Shown in pieces: positions 18,382 to 27,373 of a stretch of DNA of 37,561 bases. The position numbers and the translations under genes are program-made. Origin of the DNA: an uncultured archaeon (GTDB lineage Archaea > Altiarchaeota > Altiarchaeia > IMC4 > SCGC-AAA252-I15); assembly GCA_902384455.1 (NCBI GenBank), contig CABMCB010000047.1, positions 1 to 37,561 of the forward strand. Reading direction: 5' to 3'. The notes beneath the pieces were generated by a model. The model saw nothing but the letters and a program-made list of their open reading frames with translations, ran no database searches and was not told the DNA's origin. Positions within the stretch are counted from its first letter, which is position 1; each line of letters opens with the position of its first letter.

Positions 18382-20199
18382 ATGGGCAAAACACTAACAG
18401 CAGTCCCCGGTAACCACCTCCCTGGTGAACCCCCGGAGTTAGCTCGCACAGCCGCCGTAGTAGGCAACATTCAAGACGATTTAGTTCCACGATTCCAAGA
18501 CCACCCTCAATGGCAGGCTGAATTAACGCGCTGCCAAGATTACTTAACGCCCCTCTTTAAGGGTGTGACCGCAGACAACGCTGAAAGACTGCTAAGGCGC
18601 GCCCTACCAGAGACGGTAATACCCAAGCCGGAACCCGGAAAATATGAAACTTACCCCTTCTTCCATCTAGTAAAAATTCTCGGCAAAGTCACAGAGGACA
18701 TTAGGACGCCCGCGGAAAGAATCCAAACAATGGCGCAGGTGACAGACAGATACACAGACATAATGCGAAGCACACCACAAGAAGACCGTTATTCTATGGC
18801 ATACAGGATAGATACCGCCCTACACTATAATCGATACTACAAAAAAACACTCGAAGGTCTGTCTGATATGCGCGACGCTGCAGTGGCAGTAGCAGGAAGA
18901 GGAGGAAGCATAAATGCTGCAGTAGAATTGGTCGCACAAATACCAAAAGAACAAGCAATAGAATTAGCCGTCGAATACAACCCATCTGTGGCCACATCCA
19001 TACCTAGACTTGCTATGGAACTTAAACGGGTGCAAGATGGGTCATATTCCGAACCTACTATGGCAGAATTTAGGTCAGTAGGCGCTATGTTGAATGACGG
19101 CATACAAAAACTCCATTTAGGCGGCTCCCCAGAGGATGATTACGAAATAGCAAGAGCAGTCGGTTGTGAGGCTGATATTCTAGGTAAATTTATTCAAGGC
19201 GTCCGTCCTTTCCCCGTGTCAGCGAACGAGGGCATTCCTCAGCCTGGCAACCCCTTGCTTTCCAGAGGAAATGTTGCGACAACCGTTGACATCCTGTTGT
19301 CATCATCCCCAGAAACTAATCTGTTTCCACTGGAAAAATCTCATGGCGGCTACTACGGCTCAACACCTCACGTCCACATGGTATCCTACTACCTCGCAGC
19401 AGTAGTGGGGGCGGTAAATGAGCTTGGCGTTACAAACCACCAGCAGCTGGCTGAAGTATGCAAGGCAGCATCTGAAGACGTGCAGATGAGGGACGACGAG
19501 GTTGCTAATGCACTTAACGGAGACTTGTCGGCTTACCATCAAGACATGATTCCCTTCATGAATCCAACCCGCCAGTTCCTCTCAGAAGCTCTTAAAATAA
19601 CCCCCTACACTCAACTACCTCTCGAATTCCGCGGAAGCAGAGACGCACAAGCAAAGCTTGCAGACGCCGGAGTAAACGCATCCACCTCCAAACTAGTCGC
19701 CTCAAGATTCGACGAACAAACGATTTTCGCAGTCGCAGAAGCCTACCCGACCATACAAGGAATATGCGCAAGCCGCCGCGCAGACGGCCAACCAAGCCGG
19801 GAAGACTTGGAAGGATTCGCTAGGATAATGCACAACGCCCGCGAACGCGCAGGAGACGATGCCATAAAACTCTTCAACGCGACAATCGGTGCCATGCCCC
19901 CAGAACACCCCCTACTGGACATAGGTCGGGACGTCGGCAACCAGATGCGCGAGACCACAGCGCAAACGCTCTTTGATGCAACACAACCCCTCATCGTAGG
20001 CGGCCTCCTGGTTGAAGGAGACGTTTTCAGGGACATCTTCCAAGAAGGAATGACTTTAATCAACGTGCGAACTTTTGCCCCTCCTAAGTCCTTGGAGGAA
20101 GTCCAGCAGCTTGCTGCAGGCGTGGTAAAGTCTATTGTGGAAGCAAGGGAGTCCCGCGTGGAAAGCATCGCTCACGAGCCAGCTTACCGCCTACGCTAA
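18382..20199 (+). CDS. Hypothetical protein (605 aa, predicted helical, no recognisable motif)
   Basis: Long ORF. ATG at 18382 lies 26 nt after CTTATAT; the upstream extension overlaps the previous gene. Confidence 0.75.
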   Translation: MGKTLTAVPGNHLPGEPPELARTAAVVGNIQDDLVPRFQDHPQWQAELTRCQDYLTPLFKGVTADNAERLLRRALPETVIPKPEPGKYETYPFFHLVKILGKVTEDIRTPAERIQTMAQVTDRYTDIMRSTPQEDRYSMAYRIDTALHYNRYYKKTLEGLSDMRDAAVAVAGRGGSINAAVELVAQIPKEQAIELAVEYNPSVATSIPRLAMELKRVQDGSYSEPTMAEFRSVGAMLNDGIQKLHLGGSPEDDYEIARAVGCEADILGKFIQGVRPFPVSANEGIPQPGNPLLSRGNVATTVDILLSSSPETNLFPLEKSHGGYYGSTPHVHMVSYYLAAVVGAVNELGVTNHQQLAEVCKAASEDVQMRDDEVANALNGDLSAYHQDMIPFMNPTRQFLSEALKITPYTQLPLEFRGSRDAQAKLADAGVNASTSKLVASRFDEQTIFAVAEAYPTIQGICASRRADGQPSREDLEGFARIMHNARERAGDDAIKLFNATIGAMPPEHPLLDIGRDVGNQMRETTAQTLFDATQPLIVGGLLVEGDVFRDIFQEGMTLINVRTFAPPKSLEEVQQLAAGVVKSIVEARESRVESIAHEPAYRLR

Positions 20200-20235
20200 A
20201 TTAATTTTAATAAAAAACCGGGCTATATTTCTCTT

Positions 20236-20535
20236 ATGCCTGAGCGACGCTTCAGCAACCAGACGCCAGAGCAAATTCTGGGCCACCTGAGGAACTTCCT
20301 CCACCCTGAAAACCAGTACGACCTCGTCGTAGACCCATTGGGAATCCACATGTTCATAAGGGAATGCCTCAAAAGCAGCCGCAGGAAGCAGAGGAAAATA
20401 CTCACCGAGAAGGAAATGCGCATCCAACGCGACCAGCAGAACATGAAGCCGTCCGACATCCGACTTTCAAACACCAAAAAACGAGTGAACCCCAAAATAA
20501 GGAGCGTCAAAAGAGGGCGGACAGTCAAACTTTAA
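20236..20535 (+). CDS. Small basic hypothetical protein
   Basis: Fills the gap between flanking genes. TTTAATAA lies 22 nt upstream of the ATG. Confidence 0.55.
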   Translation: MPERRFSNQTPEQILGHLRNFLHPENQYDLVVDPLGIHMFIRECLKSSRRKQRKILTEKEMRIQRDQQNMKPSDIRLSNTKKRVNPKIRSVKRGRTVKL

Positions 20536-20569
20536 CGCACTTTTTACCTGATTCGCCCATCGTCATACC

Positions 20570-21259
20570 ATGAAATACAAGATTTCAGACAGCGTACTGC
20601 CTTCAGTGGAAATAGACGTAGACGGCAAAGACATCCTATACTGCGAAGCCGGCGCCATGACATACATGAGCGAAAACATGGCTATGAACTCCACGATGAA
20701 AGGCGGAATACTATCCAGCATAAGCCGCAAACTATCCGGCGAAAGCCTATTTATGACGGAATTCTCAACAAAAGACGGAAAAACCGGGCACATCGCCTAC
20801 TCAAGCAGCATGCCCGGCCGCATCCTCCCGTTCAACCTTAAGGCGGGCGAAACCCTCATATGCCAGAAAGACTCGTTTCTTGCGGCAGAAAAATCGGTTA
20901 CATTAGAATCCTTCTTCCAGAAGAAGATTGGGCGCGGACTGTTCGGCGGCGAAGGGTTCATACTCCAGAAGCTGACCGGCCCAGGCACGGTGTTCGTGGA
21001 AATAGACGGCGACATAATGGAGCGCACGCTAAAGCAAGGCGAGACGCTTCAGGTAGGCACAGGGCACGTCGCAATAATAGAGTCCTCCGTAGAATTCGAC
21101 GTCAAAATGGTGGAAGGAGTCAAAAACATGATTTTCGGCGGAGAAGGACTATTCCTCGCGACACTAAAAGGACCGGGGAAAGTATGGATTCAGACGATGC
21201 CAATCAGAAAGCTAGCGGGCCGAATAATACCCTTCCTGCCTCTCTCGAAATCGGATTAA
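20570..21259 (+). CDS. TIGR00266 / AIM24 family protein
   Basis: EAGAM..MS, SGESLFM, ICQKDSFLAA, GLFGGEGF.LQKL.GPG, IFGGEGLFLATL.GPGKVWIQTMP. Confidence 0.92.
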   Translation: MKYKISDSVLPSVEIDVDGKDILYCEAGAMTYMSENMAMNSTMKGGILSSISRKLSGESLFMTEFSTKDGKTGHIAYSSSMPGRILPFNLKAGETLICQKDSFLAAEKSVTLESFFQKKIGRGLFGGEGFILQKLTGPGTVFVEIDGDIMERTLKQGETLQVGTGHVAIIESSVEFDVKMVEGVKNMIFGGEGLFLATLKGPGKVWIQTMPIRKLAGRIIPFLPLSKSD

Positions 21260-21262
21260 AAA

Positions 21263-21544
21263 CTAGCTTAAAACAAATCCGCCGTCAGCGGACTTAAGCG
21301 TCACAGCCTTGCCTGCCATCAAAGGCAGACGGCCTTTTTCGGCCACAATCCTGTAGTGGACGTGGGGGCTTTCTGGTCCGCAGCAGACGCATTTTTCTTC
21401 GTCTATTTTGCAGGCGTATTTTTTGCCTCCCACGGTGAGCGAGAATTTTTCGCCTGCCTTAGGGAACTCCTTGCGCGCAGTCTTCTCTATGAAAAAGTAT
21501 CCTTCCCGCGCTTCGTCGGACGAAACCCTCCGCCTGTACTTCAT
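21263..21544 (-). CDS. Small hypothetical protein with CxCC-GP-x-P-HxH putative metal site
   Basis: CVCCGPESPHVHY; ORF fits between neighbours. Confidence 0.65.
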   Translation of the reverse strand: MKYRRRVSSDEAREGYFFIEKTARKEFPKAGEKFSLTVGGKKYACKIDEEKCVCCGPESPHVHYRIVAEKGRLPLMAGKAVTLKSADGGFVLS

Positions 21545-21580
21545 AGAAACCTTCAGGGAAGCTAGGCAATAAAAAGCGTT

Positions 21581-22378
21581 TCAACCTCTATGGCGCAAAA
21601 CAGGCCAATAACGCCCCCCCTTTTTCACCACCCTAAGAGGAGTCTCAAAAGCTTCGCTAAGCGTCTTACCCGAAAGAACATCCTCTTTCCGCCCGCAAGC
21701 AAGCACCCTACCCTTCCTTAAAACCAAAACCCCCGTGAAAGACGGCGTAATCTCCTCAATATGATGCGTCACGAAGACGAGAGTCGGCCCGCCCTTCTTC
21801 CGCGCAAGATTCTCCACAGAAACAAGAAACTCCTCACGCGCCCTAACATCCAACCCGCTAGTAGGCTCATCCAAAACAAGAAGCTTAGGGTCAGCCATCA
21901 AAGCCCTCGCAATCAAAACCTTCTGCGCTTCCCCCTGAGACAAAACCCCAAACGGCCTGTCTGCAAGCAAATTCGCTCCCATAAAAGAAAGCAGCCTCTT
22001 AGCCTTAACGAAATCCTCCTCAGCCGGCTTGTCCCACAAACCCAAGCTCGCAAACTTCCCAGACACCACAACAGACAAAGCAGAATCCTCCGGAGGAACC
22101 CTACTCAACAAAGCGGAACTCACCCAACCAACACGCACCTTCAAATCCCTCAAATCCACGCCCCCAAAAACAGAACCCAACAAAGAAACACACCCCTCTG
22201 TAGGCCAAAGGTTGCCTGTCGCAATTCTCAACAACATAGTCTTGCCGCTGCCGTTAGCCCCAACAACAGCCCAATGCTCGCCAACCCCCACACGCCAAGA
22301 AACATCCTTCAAAATAACATTCCCGTCCCTAACCAAAGAAACGTCAGACAAACAAATCGCAGGCGAAACCACAGCCAT
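21581..22378 (-). CDS. ABC transporter ATP-binding protein (ModF/YlmA-like), no permease adjacent
   Basis: Walker A GANGSGKT, signature LSQGE, Walker B LLVLDEP, H-loop VTHH. Confidence 0.92.
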   Translation of the reverse strand: MAVVSPAICLSDVSLVRDGNVILKDVSWRVGVGEHWAVVGANGSGKTMLLRIATGNLWPTEGCVSLLGSVFGGVDLRDLKVRVGWVSSALLSRVPPEDSALSVVVSGKFASLGLWDKPAEEDFVKAKRLLSFMGANLLADRPFGVLSQGEAQKVLIARALMADPKLLVLDEPTSGLDVRAREEFLVSVENLARKKGGPTLVFVTHHIEEITPSFTGVLVLRKGRVLACGRKEDVLSGKTLSEAFETPLRVVKKGGRYWPVLRHRG

Positions 22379-22437
22379 AAAAACTCACTCTCGCTTACAC
22401 TATGCCATACGGCCAAAAATAAGCACAGCTTTGCGCC

Positions 22438-23256
22438 TCAGATAGACGACAAAAGCGCCACGCCAAATATCGCCGCAAACAAAAGCAGCACAGCAACAAC
22501 CACAACCAGCATAATTACTACCGGCACCAGCACCGAAACAAGCGCCTTCCAAGTCTCAAACTCCTGCGCCTCCCTAACGAAAACAGTGCTGTAGTAAAGG
22601 CCGACAAAAAACGTGATTGCGCCCACCGCAAGCATCACCAGCCCGCCTCCTCCGCTTCTAACAAGCGTGACGACAAGCGAAATGAAGTTCGTGATGTCGC
22701 TTTTCAGAAGAATGCCTGCAAGACCCAGCAAACCGGCGAAAGCAAGTATGACATACATCAAAATGCTTATGACCCCGTTCACTGCGGTGCCCGCTATGCC
22801 CACCGCGCCCTGCACAGGAAGAAGAGTCCCATAAAGGGTTTTGTACTCAGCCTTGCCTCCAAGGGCCCTGCCCACAATCCAGACGATAAACACCCAAAGC
22901 AGCGACATGAAAAGCCCCGCCACCAAACCAAAGGGAAACGCCAAAAGGGAAATAACCGGAGTAAACACCGCAGAAATGGCGGCAGCAATAACGTCAACTC
23001 CGCTGGCATTAAGGTTGGACACAATGTTGAGGACGCCAACCACCAGGTTAACAAAAAAATTGATTAGAAAAACGCAGACAGTGGCAGTGGCAAAAAACTT
23101 CAAACCGGAATTCAAATCCGCACTCTTCCTGATTTTCTTGGCGGTTTCAGGAGGCCTCTTTAGGGCGTTGACTGTGGTTTCCTTGAATTCCGAAAGCCAG
23201 CTTACCTCGGTTTTTGCTGGGGCGCGCGGCTGTTTTTTCTTTTCCACAACACTCAC
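22438..23256 (-). CDS. Yip1-family-like multi-pass membrane protein
   Basis: About five TM helices, .RALGGKA.Y, VFVREAQEFETWKA. Confidence 0.7.
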   Translation of the reverse strand: MSVVEKKKQPRAPAKTEVSWLSEFKETTVNALKRPPETAKKIRKSADLNSGLKFFATATVCVFLINFFVNLVVGVLNIVSNLNASGVDVIAAAISAVFTPVISLLAFPFGLVAGLFMSLLWVFIVWIVGRALGGKAEYKTLYGTLLPVQGAVGIAGTAVNGVISILMYVILAFAGLLGLAGILLKSDITNFISLVVTLVRSGGGGLVMLAVGAITFFVGLYYSTVFVREAQEFETWKALVSVLVPVVIMLVVVVAVLLLFAAIFGVALLSSI

Positions 23257-23293
23257 CTGGTATTTATTTGGGGTGATGGCTTAAAGAGCAGCA

Positions 23294-24403
23294 ATGATTC
23301 GCACAGGAAGCGCTTATCTTCCGTTGCACGGCGGGCATGCTCCCCATTGGCTGTTTAAGCGGATGGTGCGGTTGTCCGGGGCAATATCCGAGGCGGTGGT
23401 TGAGGAAAACGGGAGCGCCGAGCTTCTGGCGCGTTTCTCCGATACCTGCTGGTTTCAGGCGTTCGCGTGCGCCATCGGATTCGACTGGCACAGCAGCGGC
23501 ACCACCACAACGGCTTGCGGGGCGCTTAAGCTCGCATTGAAGCCGGACGTCCACGGTGTCGTCGCCTGCGGAGGAAAAGGGGCGACAAGCAGAAAGACCC
23601 CTTCTGACATATCCTCCGCAGTCAAAGTGTTCGACCTACCTGAAGACGATGCATCCCGCCTTGCTTACGCAAGCAAGATGGCCGCTAAAGCCGACACCGC
23701 ATTGCTTCAGGACGGATTCCAGCTTTACCACCACAGCTTCTTCATGGACGCTGAAGGAAAATGGGCGGTAATCCAGCAGGGAATGGACGAATCATACGCA
23801 AGACGATACCACTGGCTATCCGAATGCCTACCGTCTTTCGTGGAAACCCCGCACACTGCGGTAGCAAGCGACATATGCCGCGACGGAGACGTTCTAGATT
23901 TAACAGCAAAAGAAAGCGAGGAAACAAGGAAAATAAGCGTGGAACTCATACAGGAGGGGCCATGTAGGCTTAGGTGCCTTTTGGGTGAAACGCAGACGAC
24001 TCTTGCGGAATACGACGGGCGACAGACGCATCTTACTTTATCACCTCATCATCCTGTGCTCCACCTGGACATTTCCCCCGAAGGCTGGCGCGCAATACAA
24101 AACGCGTATGAAATCCAACCCCGAAACTACGAGGAACTAGCGTCACTGGACGGCATGGGCCCCATGAAAATCAGGGCGCTCGCATTAGTCGCCGAACTAA
24201 TCTACGGCGCCAAAACAAGCACTAAAGACCCAGTACGATACAGCTTCGCCCACGGAGGAAAAGACGGATTCCCCTACCCCGTCCACAAACAAACATACGA
24301 CCACACAATACAACACATCACGGAGGCCATCCAGGAGGCAAGGCTTGGCGACGACGAAAAAAAGAACGCACTCAAAAGACTTGCTGAGCACGCCAAAAGA
24401 TGA
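23294..24403 (+). CDS. DUF763 domain-containing protein
   Basis: LPLHGGHAPHWLF.RM, GFDWHSSGTTT, LQDGFQLYHH, ARRYHW, SFAHGGKDGFPYPV. Confidence 0.93.
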   Translation: MIRTGSAYLPLHGGHAPHWLFKRMVRLSGAISEAVVEENGSAELLARFSDTCWFQAFACAIGFDWHSSGTTTTACGALKLALKPDVHGVVACGGKGATSRKTPSDISSAVKVFDLPEDDASRLAYASKMAAKADTALLQDGFQLYHHSFFMDAEGKWAVIQQGMDESYARRYHWLSECLPSFVETPHTAVASDICRDGDVLDLTAKESEETRKISVELIQEGPCRLRCLLGETQTTLAEYDGRQTHLTLSPHHPVLHLDISPEGWRAIQNAYEIQPRNYEELASLDGMGPMKIRALALVAELIYGAKTSTKDPVRYSFAHGGKDGFPYPVHKQTYDHTIQHITEAIQEARLGDDEKKNALKRLAEHAKR

Positions 24404-24478
24404 GGTGCAATCAAACCATATTCGCGATGTAAGGCCTTTTAAAAAGGAGGTTCACACAAGTATCATACAGGTGGTCTG

Positions 24479-25579
24479 GTGGTCGGAAAGAAAGCGTTTG
24501 CAGTGTTTCTGGTTTTGTTTCTTCTTTTGCAAACGGTTGCCGCCAATCCGTTCTCAGATTTAATCTCTATGATTGAGTCCATGATTAAGGGATTATTCTC
24601 TGCGGCGCAGGGATTTACTAAAACATCAGACTCCAGTTCAGAACCCAAAACGACCACGACTACAATCCCAATTACGGCAACGCATTCGACGACAACCCTA
24701 CTCCCGTCAATTACTACGACAACAACGACACTAGAAACAACCACAACTTCCATTTCCACAATAGCATGCCCTAAAGACTGCAGCAGCCACGGCTCATGCG
24801 ACGAAAAAACAGGGGTATGCCTGTGCGTAACCGGATACAGCGGCATAGACTGCTCAATCTCCTCTACCGGAGGCGGCTGCGTCAACAAGACGCTGGAAGA
24901 AACATGCAAGAAACCCAACATGTACTGCAGCCTAGAAAAATGCGTCTGCAACGCCAATTACGCCAACTGCAACATGATTACCGCAGACGGATGCGAAACA
25001 AACACCTTAACAGACACAAACAACTGCGGCACATGCGGCCTAGCATGTATATCCACCACCGGAAGCATGAGCGCTTGCGTAGCCGGCAAATGCGTAACAA
25101 CCAAGAAACCCAACGGAGAAACATGCGCCGCAGACAAAGACTGCGCAAGCGGCAACTGCCTGCCAGCGCAAACAGGCAAACGATGCGCATCAAAAACAAG
25201 CTGCTGGCCATGCCAAGTCATAAACACCACGGGAACTGAATGCGTAGATGCGACCGCGGGAACAGACCCAAAAAAAGAATGTGACGCCGAAGACGAATCA
25301 ACATGCGGCAAAAACGGACAATGCGACGGCCGCGGAAACTGTCAGATGTATCCCTCAGGCGTCGTCTGCTCTGACGGCAGCTGCAGCAACAACAGGTACA
25401 ATTTTCCGGGAACGTGCAATGGCGAGGGAAAGTGCGTCAGCAGCAGAACTGAAAACTGCAACGACGGCAACCCCTGCACGGAAGACAGTTGCTCGTCGTC
25501 CGGGTGCGTCAACTTGCCTTTGGCGGACGAAACTCCCTGCGGGTCGCAAAGACGCTGCCGAGACGGAGACTGCGTCTGA
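24479..25579 (+). CDS. Secreted Cys-rich protein with Thr-rich stalk, EGF-like and myxobacterial/Dictyostelium-type repeats
   Basis: Signal peptide, Thr tract. CPKDCSSHGSCD..TGVCLCVTGYSGIDCS (EGF), GCETN..TD.NNCG.CG, CNDGNPCTEDSC. Confidence 0.75.
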   Translation: MVGKKAFAVFLVLFLLLQTVAANPFSDLISMIESMIKGLFSAAQGFTKTSDSSSEPKTTTTTIPITATHSTTTLLPSITTTTTTLETTTTSISTIACPKDCSSHGSCDEKTGVCLCVTGYSGIDCSISSTGGGCVNKTLEETCKKPNMYCSLEKCVCNANYANCNMITADGCETNTLTDTNNCGTCGLACISTTGSMSACVAGKCVTTKKPNGETCAADKDCASGNCLPAQTGKRCASKTSCWPCQVINTTGTECVDATAGTDPKKECDAEDESTCGKNGQCDGRGNCQMYPSGVVCSDGSCSNNRYNFPGTCNGEGKCVSSRTENCNDGNPCTEDSCSSSGCVNLPLADETPCGSQRRCRDGDCV

Positions 25580-25604
25580 ATCATTTACGGCTCGCTAGGA
25601 ATTC

Positions 25605-25859
25605 TTACCCGTACCTAAACTTTAGGTAAAGCACTACCGAAGAAAGAAGAATCCCGATGAGGTTAGTGACGATTATGGGCGTGTTCCCAAGGAGTACGCC
25701 GTAGATGAGCCACAAAAAAAGGCCTGTCACATAAATCAAATACATCCCAAGCGAAATGTCCTTCGTCCTCCTGGTCTTTACGCTCTGAACTATCTGAGGC
25801 ACAAGAGAAACGAGAATAAGGAATCCGGCCGCGTACCCCAATAAATCGACGGCCTCCAT
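25605..25859 (-). CDS. SemiSWEET (PQ-loop) transporter
   Basis: SLVPQIVQS.KTR.TKDIS..M, LWLIYG, PIIVTN; three TM helices. ATG at 25859. Confidence 0.9.
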   Translation of the reverse strand: MEAVDLLGYAAGFLILVSLVPQIVQSVKTRRTKDISLGMYLIYVTGLFLWLIYGVLLGNTPIIVTNLIGILLSSVVLYLKFRYG

Positions 25860-25870
25860 AACATTATATT

Positions 25871-26143
25871 CTATTGCCCCTTTAATCTCCTTTTGTTCCA
25901 CACAGTCTTGCCGTTTCTGCGTATTTCGCGTATTCTGTGCATGGGAATCAACGCTTCTGGTTCGCCTCCTTTTAATGCAAAGAAGTCGCCTTTGATTATG
26001 ACGTTGGTGTACTGTATTTCCTTGGGCACGTCAAGGTCGAGGTAGAGTATGGAGTACTCGGCGGGTTTGAGGCTTGAGTCGTAGCGTATTCTGTTTAGTG
26101 CGTCCTTCTCCAATGCTTCTTTGAGGGGTTTCTCTTTTTTCAT
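25871..26143 (-). CDS. MJ1316 / DUF504 (UPF0248) RNA cyclic-end recognition domain protein
   Basis: LNRIRYD, Y.I.YLD, IPMHRIREIRRNGKTVW.KR. Confidence 0.85.
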   Translation of the reverse strand: MKKEKPLKEALEKDALNRIRYDSSLKPAEYSILYLDLDVPKEIQYTNVIIKGDFFALKGGEPEALIPMHRIREIRRNGKTVWNKRRLKGQ

Positions 26144-26170
26144 CCAACTATTTTTTTGTTAACCGGCAGG

Positions 26171-26178
26171 TATTTATA
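26171..26178. promoter_or_regulatory. Bidirectional TATA box (TATTTATA / TATAAATA)
   Basis: 27 nt from the MJ1316 ATG on - and about 25 nt from the start of the structured RNA on +. Confidence 0.6.
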
Positions 26179-26203
26179 CTTTGTTGTAGTACAAGGTAAT
26201 GTA

Positions 26204-26394
26204 TAGGGTGTGGGGTGATCGGGTAACGCATCAAGAGCATCTTCCGGAGGAACTTTGGGGAACCTCCAGCCCGTCCTGCGGGATATCCTGAAAAGGTGGG
26301 AGATGAAAACAAGTCCATCTCAGCTTCGTCCGAGGTGGTGGGTCATGATGCGTACTTCCCTCCCGGGGAGTGGCTTCGCGCCTGCCCGACCCTA
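26204..26394 (+). ncRNA. Unidentified highly structured RNA (~190 nt)
   Basis: Closing stem TAGGGT/ACCCTA plus CGGGTA/TGCCCG. 8-bp ACGCATCA/TGATGCGT. Hairpins GGAGG/CCTCC, CCCG/CGGG, CCT-GAAA-AGG, GAGATG/CATCTC, GCTTC/GAGGT, ACTTCCC/GGGGAGT, GGC/GCC. Upstream TATA box. Confidence 0.6.
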
Positions 26395-26407
26395 AAACAC
26401 CGAATTC

Positions 26408-27316
26408 TCACTTCAAGAGACTCTGAAGGTACAGTACCATATAGCGCGTTTCGCCTTCGTCTTTTGCCTTCTTCTTGAATCCATGTTTGCGCGCCAGACG
26501 GTCGATAATCTGGTTGCTTCCGCTTCCGTACTGAGCCGCCTTCTTCCTCCTGTTGAGGATGTTCTCTGGCACATTGTAGCGCTCGGCAAGAAGGCGGAAT
26601 ACGTACTTGCGGATGAATCGGCGGCCGTTTATTTCGTCTACGCACGCGTAGGGTGGTTCTTGGTTGGGTTGTATTTCCCTTAGTTTGTAGTCTGCTGGTA
26701 GTGATGATGCGTATTGCAGGAATTTTTGTGTGACGTAGGGGAACTTTAGGTTTACTCCTGCGGCTTGTGTTACTGCGATGTCGTATTTTAACTGCGCGTC
26801 GTGCAGATTTTGTACGTCCAAGTCAAGTGCCTCTTCAAGGGCGTGCCATCCTTGGTTTGCGGCAATGGAGAGGTAGCGGTCGTATCCTCCGAAAAGTTCG
26901 TCTGGTCCTTGGCCGCATAATACTGTCTCAATGTTTTTTTGTGCGAGCGTTTCGCTTGCTAAGTAGAATGGGATTGCGACCGCTGTTTTCAGGGGGTTGG
27001 CTTCGCCTATGGCGTGAAGTATTACTGGGAGGGCTTCTTCGACGTCTTCTTCGGTTATTTTTTTGTATTCCACTACGAAGGGGAGTTTTGGTTCGGCTTC
27101 TTTGGCGTGCTGCGCATCGACGCTTCCTTCGGCGCCAATATTGACTGCGTGCACTTTGGCGTACTTGCTTGCCACATACCCAAGCACTGTGCTGTCTAAT
27201 CCTGCGGAGTAAATAAGGCCGACCTCCTTTTCTCCTTCTACTGCGGCAGATACTGCTTCTTCAAGTAGCTCCTGCAGGTGGTCTACTACTGATGTGAGGG
27301 TTTTGTCTTCCGTCAT
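26408..27316 (-). CDS. Asparagine synthase C-terminal (PP-loop ATP pyrophosphatase) domain protein lacking the glutaminase domain
   Basis: YSAGLDST, VLCGQGPDELFGGY, RKYVFR, RRKKAAQYGSG. No N-terminal CGI Ntn domain. ATG at 27316. Confidence 0.85.
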   Translation of the reverse strand: MTEDKTLTSVVDHLQELLEEAVSAAVEGEKEVGLIYSAGLDSTVLGYVASKYAKVHAVNIGAEGSVDAQHAKEAEPKLPFVVEYKKITEEDVEEALPVILHAIGEANPLKTAVAIPFYLASETLAQKNIETVLCGQGPDELFGGYDRYLSIAANQGWHALEEALDLDVQNLHDAQLKYDIAVTQAAGVNLKFPYVTQKFLQYASSLPADYKLREIQPNQEPPYACVDEINGRRFIRKYVFRLLAERYNVPENILNRRKKAAQYGSGSNQIIDRLARKHGFKKKAKDEGETRYMVLYLQSLLK

Positions 27317-27373
27317 AATGAAGTAGATTAAGGGGCGGCACACTTTAAAATGCGGCGAATACCATACCTTCGT

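Noticed and set aside
24463-24957. Antisense Val-rich ORF
   Set aside because: Mirror of the Thr-rich stalk of the + strand Cys-rich gene
26204-26394. RNase P RNA, SRP RNA, tRNA/tmRNA or hammerhead identity for the structured RNA
   Set aside because: GGAACCTCCAGCCC resembles RNase P CR-I, but there is no CR-V (ACAGAA...) or P4 partner. No SRP helix-8 CAGG..GGAA..AGCA motif, no cloverleaf with a TTCRA T-loop, and CTGAAAA does not fit CUGANGA. A highly divergent RNase P or a MITE is not fully excluded without a covariance search.
26296-26478. Small ORFs overlapping the structured RNA region
   Set aside because: Overlap the PP-loop gene, lack protein-like features, and the region is better explained by RNA pairing
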